Of a DNA stretch of 49,764 nucleotides, positions 27,487 through 36,181 are shown piece after piece (position 1 is the stretch's first letter; every line of letters begins with the position of its first letter). The stretch is from contig DTUJ01000081.1 of assembly GCA_012964235.1 (NCBI GenBank), forward strand, positions 1 through 49,764, given 5' to 3'. A model generated the notes under the pieces. That model ran no database searches and was not told where the DNA came from. It saw only the letters and a list, made by a program, of their open reading frames with translations. The stretch is from Fidelibacterota bacterium. Its GTDB lineage: Bacteria; Fidelibacterota; Marinisomatia; Marinisomatales; UBA8229. A program made the position numbers and the translations under genes.

Positions 27487-30400
27487 TTACCACTCATCTT
27501 CTTCATCCTCAACAATAAAGCCGTACCCTTCTGTCTCCAAATGGCGTTTGACGATCGCTGACACATCCTGCTGTCCTTCAATACCCCACAAGTAATCACG
27601 TAGTGCCTTTAGCATTGCTTCGGAATCCGGATGCAGTTTAGCTACATCCTTTCCCCACGCTGATTTCACATCTTCTATCTGTTCATCAAATGGCACATAA
27701 GGTGTCGGCATATTTGTTCCAGGTATAATTGCTTGAGGATCACGGAGCCAATCAAGCACCCATTCTGAGCGCAACCGTCCTTTTGTTAATGATAAATTCG
27801 GTGCCCATGTAAGAGCTGCCTGTTTCGGTTTGGTGGAACCGTAAAAGTGACAGTTATTGCAAGCACCCAAATCCTGAATAACATCACCTGCCCTGTACGA
27901 GGAGGAAGACTTGGATATTTGATGGGGGTTCTCATACGCTAATGTCTGACCGTCCTTAAGCTGAAAATATTTGATGATTTTATTCCAATCTTCATCCGAA
28001 ATCACTGCATAGGTGGGCATCCGTACTTGGAGGTTAGGACGAATCATGGTTGGATGGTTTAAGAAATTAAATAACCACTCCGGTTGGACCTTTCTTCCTT
28101 CTGTGTCCAATATCGGCGGGGAAAAAGATTGAATCAAACTAGCATCCTCTGCAGAACTTGCACCTGCAATATCCCCTAACCAAGTAGCAATTGTCGGCCG
28201 GATGGCGCCGCCTTTATCATCAATTATATGGCAACCCAAACAATTATAAATTCGAATTAATTCTTCTCCTGCTTCAATTGCAATGTTTCTCTCATTTCTT
28301 TCCGGTATCTTCGATTCGGGAATTTCATCTTTTACAAAACCAATCAAAGCTGTAACAATTGCTGCAATTTCATCATCAGTAAAATCATAATTAGGCATGC
28401 GTAATTTTTCATCTGGCAATTTTACTTTTCCCCGGTCAAAAATTCGTGGTTCCTTTAATTTCTGCGTAAACCAAGCTTCCCTTGAATGGGGTATTTCAAT
28501 AAATCCAAAATCAAGTTTTTCAACCAGTTTACTACCCTCAAATGTTAATTCTGTACCTATCGGCTTGTCATTTTCAAAGCCCGGGATGTCATGGCAGCCA
28601 AAACATCCATACATTCGTATTAATTTTTCACCATTATAATCCAGTTTTTCCTCAAAAGTCATTTCCCCTCTTTTTATCCGGGAATCTTTATCTGAATTCA
28701 TTTTCTTAAGAAAATCAAGGGTGATTTCATCAAGAACCTTCTCATCTATACTGGGAATATTCTTTTCGGAAAATCCTTCTTTTGTTAATGAGGATAGATA
28801 CGAAGCAATATCTGCTGCTTCCTGATGGGAAAGCCTTAAATTAGGCATTTTAGTAGCTCTAGAATATTTTTGAGGATCCTTCAACCAAGTATAAACCCAA
28901 TCTGCAGTTGTTTTTGAACCGATTCCAATCAAGTTTGGACCATGATCTCTGCGAAGGGTTTCTATTGTTGTTTTACTCTGGTTAAGGTCTGATTCAATGC
29001 GGTGGCATCCAAAACAACCCAGGGAAGAAACAAGGATTTCACCTTTTTGAATATCTCCTTCCAGTGGTCTAGTATCCATCCTAAAATCAGTGCTATGTTC
29101 AAACAAGTAATGAACAATTGAATGAATTTCCTGCTCAGATCTTTTTTGTGAATCGGGATCATTGTTATTGGGTTGGTTAAAAAAACGTGGCATCCATGTG
29201 TTATGCCGGAATGACTTCGGATCATTTATCCAATTGTAAGCCCATTCTTTTGTGACTTTTGATGCAAGCTTACCCAGGTTTGGCCCTATCTTATCACGAT
29301 CCTTATATTTTTCAATTTTATGGCACCCAAAGCAACCAGTCCGTTCTATTAGATTTAATCCCAGATTTAACCTTTCAGCATTCTTTATAGATGTTTCACT
29401 AGAATGACACTTAAAACAACTTGCTTCAATATATTGAGATGGCAGCATGGGTGTATCCCAATGATGTAATTGATGCCAGTTATATTTTTCCTCCCATTCC
29501 TTTGCTTGTTCATGCGATGATGGTACATGAACTGTAGAAATAAAATCAGTTCCACGCCCGCGGCCACCATGACAACTTGTACAACCAAATTCTTCAACTG
29601 GGTGGGGTGACGTACTTGATAAATATAAATCCAATCTTGGATGTGCTTTAAACGGCTGGGTATCACTTTCAAATTCTTGATCAAGAATTCCTTTATGACA
29701 CGTCATACATCGGTCTACTTTTGGAACTCTAGTAAAATTAACATTATCAGTTATATCATTAACAACAACCTGTTCTACTTTATAGTATGGAGATAAAAAA
29801 TCAACAAAAGGCAAATCTCTGATTATATTTCCGATCTTGTTTGAAAAATCCATATGGACAGGGTCGAGATTTGTCAATTTTCTTTCAATAAGAGTTGCTT
29901 CTTTTGTCAGCTTTCCTTTTTCTGCTTTAACCTCATTTATTTCTTTACTGAATTGTTTAACCAAAGCAGATTGTTCATCATAATCATCTTGCGCAGCTTC
30001 CAATACCAATTGATTTTCCAACATCTCAGTATGGATTTTTCCCAACTTTTCTTCCAACTCATTGGCTTCTGATAAATGATGTGTACCTTCCTCTTCAAAT
30101 TCGTATTTAATAGCATCATAGTTCGCCTTTATAAAATTAAACTCTTGCTGTACTCTGTATAATATTGCATCCTTTTTTAATAATTCTTCTTCAACCCGGG
30201 AAATCGCTTCAGATTTTTTGTTATATAATTCCTTAAAATTAGTTAGTCTTTTTTGAATGTCCTTGTATTCAGCAGTCCCTTCATATAATTTAGATGCCTT
30301 CTCAAACTCTTCATTTGTTTTCTCAATTTGAAGTGCTCTGAAATCACGCTGGTAATCTTTCCATGATCTAGAATAATCATCAACAAAAGACCATATCAAA

Positions 30401-30495
30401 ACAGCAAAAAAGATTAAACTGGAAATGGCAAACCAGATATTTAAATTTGAAATATTGTATAGTCTCTCTTGAAAGTTCTCTGGTTTTTCTGCCAT
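27487..30495 (-). CDS. membrane-anchored coiled-coil octahaem c-type cytochrome
   Basis: 1002 aa with a TM helix at about aa 19-37. A K/E-rich heptad-like region of about 165 aa spans aa 45-210. There are eight CxxCH motifs, at C263, C305, C360, C388, C494, C631, C752 and C879. The last five sit in class-I-like modules, each with a downstream Met-Pro (WMPRF, KMPNL, RMPNY, RMPTY, NMPTP). The C-terminus is acidic (EDEEDEW). Confidence 0.85.
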   Translation of the reverse strand: MAEKPENFQERLYNISNLNIWFAISSLIFFAVLIWSFVDDYSRSWKDYQRDFRALQIEKTNEEFEKASKLYEGTAEYKDIQKRLTNFKELYNKKSEAISRVEEELLKKDAILYRVQQEFNFIKANYDAIKYEFEEEGTHHLSEANELEEKLGKIHTEMLENQLVLEAAQDDYDEQSALVKQFSKEINEVKAEKGKLTKEATLIERKLTNLDPVHMDFSNKIGNIIRDLPFVDFLSPYYKVEQVVVNDITDNVNFTRVPKVDRCMTCHKGILDQEFESDTQPFKAHPRLDLYLSSTSPHPVEEFGCTSCHGGRGRGTDFISTVHVPSSHEQAKEWEEKYNWHQLHHWDTPMLPSQYIEASCFKCHSSETSIKNAERLNLGLNLIERTGCFGCHKIEKYKDRDKIGPNLGKLASKVTKEWAYNWINDPKSFRHNTWMPRFFNQPNNNDPDSQKRSEQEIHSIVHYLFEHSTDFRMDTRPLEGDIQKGEILVSSLGCFGCHRIESDLNQSKTTIETLRRDHGPNLIGIGSKTTADWVYTWLKDPQKYSRATKMPNLRLSHQEAADIASYLSSLTKEGFSEKNIPSIDEKVLDEITLDFLKKMNSDKDSRIKRGEMTFEEKLDYNGEKLIRMYGCFGCHDIPGFENDKPIGTELTFEGSKLVEKLDFGFIEIPHSREAWFTQKLKEPRIFDRGKVKLPDEKLRMPNYDFTDDEIAAIVTALIGFVKDEIPESKIPERNERNIAIEAGEELIRIYNCLGCHIIDDKGGAIRPTIATWLGDIAGASSAEDASLIQSFSPPILDTEGRKVQPEWLFNFLNHPTMIRPNLQVRMPTYAVISDEDWNKIIKYFQLKDGQTLAYENPHQISKSSSSYRAGDVIQDLGACNNCHFYGSTKPKQAALTWAPNLSLTKGRLRSEWVLDWLRDPQAIIPGTNMPTPYVPFDEQIEDVKSAWGKDVAKLHPDSEAMLKALRDYLWGIEGQQDVSAIVKRHLETEGYGFIVEDEEDEW

Positions 30496-30507
30496 ATATA
30501 AGTAAGT

Positions 30508-31623
30508 TTATATATTGAAAAAATACTCTGGAATTGCCACAATATATTTCAAATTAAACATCCATCTGAGATACATTTTTATAGGTAGACTTATTGCAAA
30601 TAAAATTAAAATAATAAAAACACTATAGCGGAGGTTGCCCAACTTCTTATACAGTTTATTTAACATGCTTTTTGCTAGTAATGGTGGTAAAACCATAAAG
30701 TATCCTAAGATCAATAAAAATCCCCACATCTCCCGGATTAAAATATTATCAGGAAGCCCCGAACGGAACCAAATTATATAAATGTATTCTGATAGATTTA
30801 TATTTGTAAGCGGTGCCAATTTGTGAATATCCCAATACTCAAATGGACCGAAAAAATTCCAGTTTGGTCCTCTTAAAAATGTACCAACTATAATTAGAAG
30901 AATCCAAAGTACCAGCCATCCAAACATAAATAAGGATACAGCCATTTTTCTCTGTTTGAAACTATAGTATCCAACTCCTTCCTTATTGATATCTAGATAA
31001 GGAATTGCCATAAGACCAATAATCATGATGGTAGGAAAAAGGACTCCTGCAATCCATGGATCAAAGTACACTAACATTTCCTGCAATCCTAAAAAATACC
31101 AGGGTGCTTTGGAAGGATTTGGAGACAGGGTGGGATTTGCAGGCTGTTCTAAAGGTGCTGGTAGAGCAATTGACCACACTACTAATAAGACTGTACACAA
31201 CACCAAAGCAATGAGTTCTATGTAAACTAGATCTGGCCAGGTTAATACCTTATCGTCTGGGTCATGATATTCATTTACCTTTTCATTATTATCAATCCGC
31301 TTATCATTTTCCGTGGCTTGTTTCATACTCAGCCATGTAAAAAACGCAACCAGAAAAATCAATCCAACAATAGGCACGTTATCTGGCTTCAAAACAATAA
31401 GTTTGAAATTCTCATCTGTTAATCCAAAAAGAAAAAAGGTTAACAATCCTAATAATATCAGGATTCCGCCTTTATTTGTCCAGATAAGATCTAACTTGAA
31501 TTTCTTGTTCCATTTGTAGAACCAATCATTTGGTGGAAAAATGAAAAAGAAAGTTAAGAGAATAAAGGTTAACATAACGGTTGGGGAGGAAACCGTATTT
31601 ATTATATGTTTTATTAACTCCAC
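30508..31623 (-). CDS. cytochrome b C-terminal-domain / subunit IV-like protein, enlarged (about 8 TM)
   Basis: 371 aa. It carries a PEWY-equivalent Qo motif (APWYFLGLQEML, aa 173-184) flanked by about 4 TM helices N-terminally and 4 C-terminally. It lies 21 nt downstream of the cytochrome b gene. Confidence 0.7.
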   Translation of the reverse strand: MELIKHIINTVSSPTVMLTFILLTFFFIFPPNDWFYKWNKKFKLDLIWTNKGGILILLGLLTFFLFGLTDENFKLIVLKPDNVPIVGLIFLVAFFTWLSMKQATENDKRIDNNEKVNEYHDPDDKVLTWPDLVYIELIALVLCTVLLVVWSIALPAPLEQPANPTLSPNPSKAPWYFLGLQEMLVYFDPWIAGVLFPTIMIIGLMAIPYLDINKEGVGYYSFKQRKMAVSLFMFGWLVLWILLIIVGTFLRGPNWNFFGPFEYWDIHKLAPLTNINLSEYIYIIWFRSGLPDNILIREMWGFLLILGYFMVLPPLLAKSMLNKLYKKLGNLRYSVFIILILFAISLPIKMYLRWMFNLKYIVAIPEYFFNI

Positions 31624-31644
31624 TGGTATCAGTATCTCCTAAAA

Positions 31645-32445
31645 TTAAACCGGTGTAGTAATTCCACCATCTTTTCGAATTCTCCAGAAATGTATAGCCA
31701 TAAAAATTATGATAATAAACGGAAAACCAATGCAATGTAGTACATAGAACCGTAATAGAGCAGCCTCACCTACAAATCGACCACCAAGTAATGCAAATCT
31801 CACATCACTTCCTGCATGAACCAGGTTAATATCCCCAATTGACAGTAGAGCCGCACCAGGCCCTTCATGGCCTAAAAATGGAGTTGCTCTAGCCATATTT
31901 GTTCCCACAGTGATAGCCCAAATTGCTAATTGATCCCAGGGTAAAAGATATCCGGTAAAACTTAGTAACAATGTCAAAACGAGTAGAATAACTCCTACCA
32001 TCCAATTGAACTCTCTCGGTGGTTTATACGATCCAGTCATAAAAACTCTGAACATATGAATCCAAACTGTTATGACCATAAGATGAGCTGCCCAGCGGTG
32101 GATTTCCCGCATGATTCCCAACGGTACCTGCTCACTCAAATCCATTATGTCCGTATAAGCATACTCAACAGTGGGCCTATAATAAAACATGAGAAGAATT
32201 CCGGTGATAGTTAACACACAAAAAATATAAAAGGACAATCCCCCAGCGCACCATGTGTATTTCAATCTTACAGCATGACGCGGCATCCTCACCGGATGAA
32301 GATGGAGGAATACACTATTCAACACAGAAAACATGCGGCCCCGCCTGTTTCTTGGTACTCCTGTTCTAATTATAGATTTCCAAACCTGAGAATCTCCTAA
32401 TCTGGAAATAAATCCTCTCTTTTTACCCTTTTGATCTTTAGCCAT
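31645..32445 (-). CDS. cytochrome b6-type cytochrome b (N-terminal four-helix domain)
   Basis: 266 aa. The haem ligand pairs are H116/H130 (helix B) and H237/H252 (helix D, b6-type 14-residue spacing). Cys66 lies in WCAGG at the position of the haem ci Cys of b6 and Firmicute cytochrome b. Confidence 0.85.
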   Translation of the reverse strand: MAKDQKGKKRGFISRLGDSQVWKSIIRTGVPRNRRGRMFSVLNSVFLHLHPVRMPRHAVRLKYTWCAGGLSFYIFCVLTITGILLMFYYRPTVEYAYTDIMDLSEQVPLGIMREIHRWAAHLMVITVWIHMFRVFMTGSYKPPREFNWMVGVILLVLTLLLSFTGYLLPWDQLAIWAITVGTNMARATPFLGHEGPGAALLSIGDINLVHAGSDVRFALLGGRFVGEAALLRFYVLHCIGFPFIIIIFMAIHFWRIRKDGGITTPV

Positions 32446-32483
32446 TTTGCTTGTAATCCTAATTTTTCTTTATTTTAAAATTT

Positions 32484-33206
32484 CTAAACGCGGAGAAATG
32501 ACTCCGGGTCGCTCCATTGGCCTTTTTCGTATGCATATTTTTTCGTTTTATCAATGAAAATTTGTCCATCATTTGCTAAAGTAATTTTAAATCGTTCTAA
32601 TGGTCTAGGTGCAGGACCTTCAAAATTAATACCTGTCTTACGGAAGCCGCTCCCGTGACAGGGACATTTAAATTTATTTTCATTTTTTAACCAGTTTGGT
32701 GTACATCCCAAATGTGTGCAAACTGTCGACAAAGCATAAATTTCTTCTGTAGATCTGACAATCCAAACTCCGTATTTTTCTTTTAAACTTGTGGTAACAT
32801 CACCAACACTATAGTCATCAGGATATCCAGCTTTGAAGGTCTGTTTAGGTTCAAAAAGAACATTGGGAAACATAAATCGGAGCATGATTCCAAAAAAAGT
32901 TCCGGTAGCAGCAGTGAATGCCAACCAAGCCAGGGTAAGCCAGGAAAAAAAAGATCGTCTTTTTATTGGTTCTACAAAAATTGATCCTTTACCAATGGAG
33001 GCACGTTTTTGAGCAGGATTTTTTTCCGGTTCGCCTTTAGGTACCTCTGGTTTTTTTGAATCCAGGTTTTGTTCATCTACAGAATCCATTTTGGGATTAG
33101 CACTATCACTACTAATTTCATCGGTCTGTCCAGAAATTTGTTCATTTTCTTCAGCATTATTTACATCATTTGGTATGTTTTTGTGTTTATCCATAGGAAA
33201 CATCAT
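32484..33206 (-). CDS. Rieske [2Fe-2S] protein of a Rieske/cytochrome b complex
   Basis: 240 aa with cluster boxes CTHLGC and CPCHGS. A twin-arginine-like KRRSFFSW precedes the TM helix, and a hydrophilic acidic N-terminal extension of about 80 aa comes before that. Alternative ATGs lie at 33203 and 33194. Confidence 0.88.
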   Translation of the reverse strand: MMFPMDKHKNIPNDVNNAEENEQISGQTDEISSDSANPKMDSVDEQNLDSKKPEVPKGEPEKNPAQKRASIGKGSIFVEPIKRRSFFSWLTLAWLAFTAATGTFFGIMLRFMFPNVLFEPKQTFKAGYPDDYSVGDVTTSLKEKYGVWIVRSTEEIYALSTVCTHLGCTPNWLKNENKFKCPCHGSGFRKTGINFEGPAPRPLERFKITLANDGQIFIDKTKKYAYEKGQWSDPESFLRV

Positions 33207-34092
33207 ATTCCATCCACTGATTAGAAGAACTTGTATCTATTTTTAACACATCCATTGCTGTTTTTCGAATGTTAATATTATTTTCCTCATCAGCCAGTTC
33301 TTGAATCTTACTATTAATGATGGGGTCATTTAGAAGTATTCCTGCTCTGATTGCAATAATTCGAGCCTGATCCCGTTCCCGTATATCCACCTCTGGGAAA
33401 TTAATGAAAAATTTGCCTTCGATCAATTTTAATATTATTTCACGGCCAGAATCATCTCCAATTTTAGCAAGAGATATAGCTGCATCCCATCTAATATTTG
33501 GTTGACTATCATATAATGATTTTTTTAAATCCTCTATTACTGTTGGGTCAGCAATATTTCCGAAAGCAATAACAGTTTGCAAGCGAATGTTTTCATCTTC
33601 ATGATCTAAAAATAGTTTCAGTTTTTGGACTGCTTTCCCAGATTTTAAAAGACCCAGCGCTCTGATGATAGCTGGAATATTTTCAGTATTTTCATCTTCA
33701 ATTTCAGAAAGTAACGGATCGATATATCTGCTATTACCAGTTCTTCCCATTGCCAGGGCAAGATATTGTCGTACTCGATTATCATCATGTTTGGACTGTT
33801 TAAATATATTGATCATTTCTGAAATAAACCGATCATCCTTTGAGATTTCATCGGAAATGTACAAAATCTTTGAAAGTTCAAAGGCAGATTGCCAGCGTTT
33901 AGTAGCACCACCAATTTTGATATCATTCAGATAATCATAGGGGGTAGCATCCTCATAGGTCAGAAGACTAAACAAACTATAAATAAACACCAAAGATGCG
34001 GCCACAAGAAAAGGGATAATCACAAATGAGTTAAACAATATCTTAAAAATGGATTTTTCCGGTTCGTTTGGGATTGGGATTTGATCTGTCAT
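33187..34092 (-). CDS. membrane-anchored HEAT-repeat protein
   Basis: 301 aa with one N-terminal TM helix (FVIIPFLVAASLVFIYSLFSLL) and several PBS-lyase/HEAT-like repeats (VRQYLALAMGRTGN, NIRLQTVIAFGNIADP, NIRWDAAISLAKIGDD). Its 3' end overlaps the Rieske gene by 20 nt. Confidence 0.75.
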   Translation of the reverse strand: MTDQIPIPNEPEKSIFKILFNSFVIIPFLVAASLVFIYSLFSLLTYEDATPYDYLNDIKIGGATKRWQSAFELSKILYISDEISKDDRFISEMINIFKQSKHDDNRVRQYLALAMGRTGNSRYIDPLLSEIEDENTENIPAIIRALGLLKSGKAVQKLKLFLDHEDENIRLQTVIAFGNIADPTVIEDLKKSLYDSQPNIRWDAAISLAKIGDDSGREIILKLIEGKFFINFPEVDIRERDQARIIAIRAGILLNDPIINSKIQELADEENNINIRKTAMDVLKIDTSSSNQWMEYDVSYG

Positions 34093-34175
34093 TAATTACC
34101 TAAACTACAAATTGTATCAAGAATCAAATTTAAAACTGTCTCTAAAAAATTTACAAGAGCAAAAACGGGAACTTA

Positions 34176-35075
34176 TCACCCTAGTTTTTCCCTTTTTCGA
34201 AGGTACTGACTGAGAGCAATATCCAAATCTTGATCTGTAAACAAAGGAATATAATCTATCAATCGTTTTCGGCATTGCTTTCGGTATTTATCCTGAAATT
34301 CAAGCATCAAGTCCTTGTAAGAATTGCGAATTTGCCACGGCTCTGTAGTAACCAGTTCCCCTGTTTCCATATCCTTAAACCGTGTGCGGGTGTTAAAATT
34401 GAAGTTCAATTCCTGGCGATCAAGAATGTGAAAGACAATTACCTCCTGTTTATTGTATCTGAAATGTTTTAATCCCCCTATAATTGCATCAAAATCATCG
34501 AAAAGGTCAGAGATCAGAATAACAAGTCCCCGTTTCTTGATCCGATCAGCCATTTCGTGTAATACACTTCCAAGCTGTGTATCTTCACCAGAATTTATCT
34601 GATCCAGTTGGGACAAAATAGTATTTAGATGACTGGATGTTGAGCGAGGAGGAATAAACGACTGAATTTTTTTATCAAACAGAATGAGACCAACCCCATC
34701 TTTTTGATGAAGCATTAGATAAGAAAGGGCTGCCGTAAGGTAACTTGCATATTCCAATTTGGAGATCTTCTTGCTATGGTAAGTCATGGATTTGCTGATA
34801 TCCATGATCAGGTACGAACGAAGATTGGTCTCTTCTTCATATTGCTTTACATAATACCGATCGGTTTTTCCATAAAGTTTCCAATCGATATGCCTAATCT
34901 CATCTCCCGGGCCATATGCCCTATGTTCCGCAAACTCTACACTAAATCCATGGTAGGGGCTTTTATGAAGTCCGATGATATATCCTTCAACTACAAGCCT
35001 TGCTCTGAGTGACATATTACCCAGCTTTGCTACCACCTCAGGATGAAGGTATCTTCTTTTATCTACAGCGGGCAA
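34176..35075 (-). CDS. DUF58 domain-containing protein (MoxR partner)
   Basis: 299 aa with the typical DUF58 core (HPEVVAKLGNMSLRARLVVEGYIIGLHKSPYHGFSVEFAEHRAYGPGDEIRHIDWK). It lies 3 nt downstream of the MoxR gene. Confidence 0.8.
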   Translation of the reverse strand: MPAVDKRRYLHPEVVAKLGNMSLRARLVVEGYIIGLHKSPYHGFSVEFAEHRAYGPGDEIRHIDWKLYGKTDRYYVKQYEEETNLRSYLIMDISKSMTYHSKKISKLEYASYLTAALSYLMLHQKDGVGLILFDKKIQSFIPPRSTSSHLNTILSQLDQINSGEDTQLGSVLHEMADRIKKRGLVILISDLFDDFDAIIGGLKHFRYNKQEVIVFHILDRQELNFNFNTRTRFKDMETGELVTTEPWQIRNSYKDLMLEFQDKYRKQCRKRLIDYIPLFTDQDLDIALSQYLRKREKLG

Positions 35076-35078
35076 AAC

Positions 35079-36068
35079 TTAACTCTTTGCTTCCAACAAT
35101 TTTACCAGAATATCATCGGTGCTTAATCCTTCTGCTTCAGCATTAAAATTGGGGAGAATTCGATGCCTCATAACAGGGAAAACCAAATCCTTAATATCAT
35201 CAATATTCGGTGTTGGGCGACCATCCAAGACCGCTTTTGCTTTTGCACCAAGGATAAGATATTGAGAGGCCCTTGGTCCTGCTCCCCATTCGATCCAGTC
35301 ATTGATAAAATCAGGTGCAACTGCGGATCCTGGCCGGGTTGATGCTACTAAATCTACAACATATTCTACTACATTTTCCGCCACAGGAACCCTTCGGACA
35401 AGATCTTGATAAGAAAGAAGATCGTTCCTGCCTATAACTTTTTTCAGTGCTTCAGAAGTTTGTCCGGTTGTGGTTTGTACAATGGCTATTTCTTCTGACC
35501 GATCAGGATAATCGATCTTGATATGAAACATAAACCTGTCCAACTGAGCCTCAGGAAGGGGGTAGGTTCCCTCCTGTTCAATAGGGTTCTGGGTTGCCAG
35601 TACAAAAAAAGGTTCCTCCAAAATATAGGAGGTGCCTGATGCAGTAACCTTGTGCTCCTGCATCGCTTCCAACAGGGCAGCTTGTGTTTTTGGAGGTGTG
35701 CGGTTAATCTCATCTGCCAGGATGATATTCCCAAAAATCGGCCCCTTAAAAAAACGAAACCCTCTTTTCCCTGTTGATTGATCTTCATCAATTACTTCTG
35801 TCCCAGTGATGTCGCTAGGCATAAGATCGGGGGTAAACTGGATCCGCTTGAATTTCAAATCCAAAAGTTCAGAAATTGATTTGATCATCAGTGTTTTCGC
35901 CAAGCCCGGTACGCCAACCAAGAGAGTGTGTCCTTTGCAGAATAAAGCAATTAGTATATGATCCAGAACGCTGATTTGACCAATAATTGATTTCCCAATT
36001 TCTGAAAGAAATTGGGTGCGGGCATCGGTCAATTTTTCAAGCAGATGTAAATCTTTTTGTTCGTTCAT
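35079..36068 (-). CDS. MoxR-family AAA+ ATPase
   Basis: Walker A GVPGLAKT, Walker B ILADEINR and ATQNPIEQEGTYPLPEAQLDRF are present. The start is set at ATG 36068, which is preceded by AGGGA; the ORF track's 36098 is a TTG. Confidence 0.9.
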   Translation of the reverse strand: MNEQKDLHLLEKLTDARTQFLSEIGKSIIGQISVLDHILIALFCKGHTLLVGVPGLAKTLMIKSISELLDLKFKRIQFTPDLMPSDITGTEVIDEDQSTGKRGFRFFKGPIFGNIILADEINRTPPKTQAALLEAMQEHKVTASGTSYILEEPFFVLATQNPIEQEGTYPLPEAQLDRFMFHIKIDYPDRSEEIAIVQTTTGQTSEALKKVIGRNDLLSYQDLVRRVPVAENVVEYVVDLVASTRPGSAVAPDFINDWIEWGAGPRASQYLILGAKAKAVLDGRPTPNIDDIKDLVFPVMRHRILPNFNAEAEGLSTDDILVKLLEAKS

Positions 36069-36181
36069 ATTATTCCCTGTTTTGATAGTTACATTCAAAA
36101 ACTAAAGGAGGAAAATTACGAGCCCCTTGTCCCTTTTACAATCTTATTGTCTTGTTCTCCCAATAAAGATTTGAGAAATTC

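Noticed and set aside
31526-31735. 69-aa minus-strand ORF bridging the cytochrome b and subunit IV genes
   Set aside because: It overlaps both well-supported genes out of frame. The 21-nt intergenic gap needs no extra gene.
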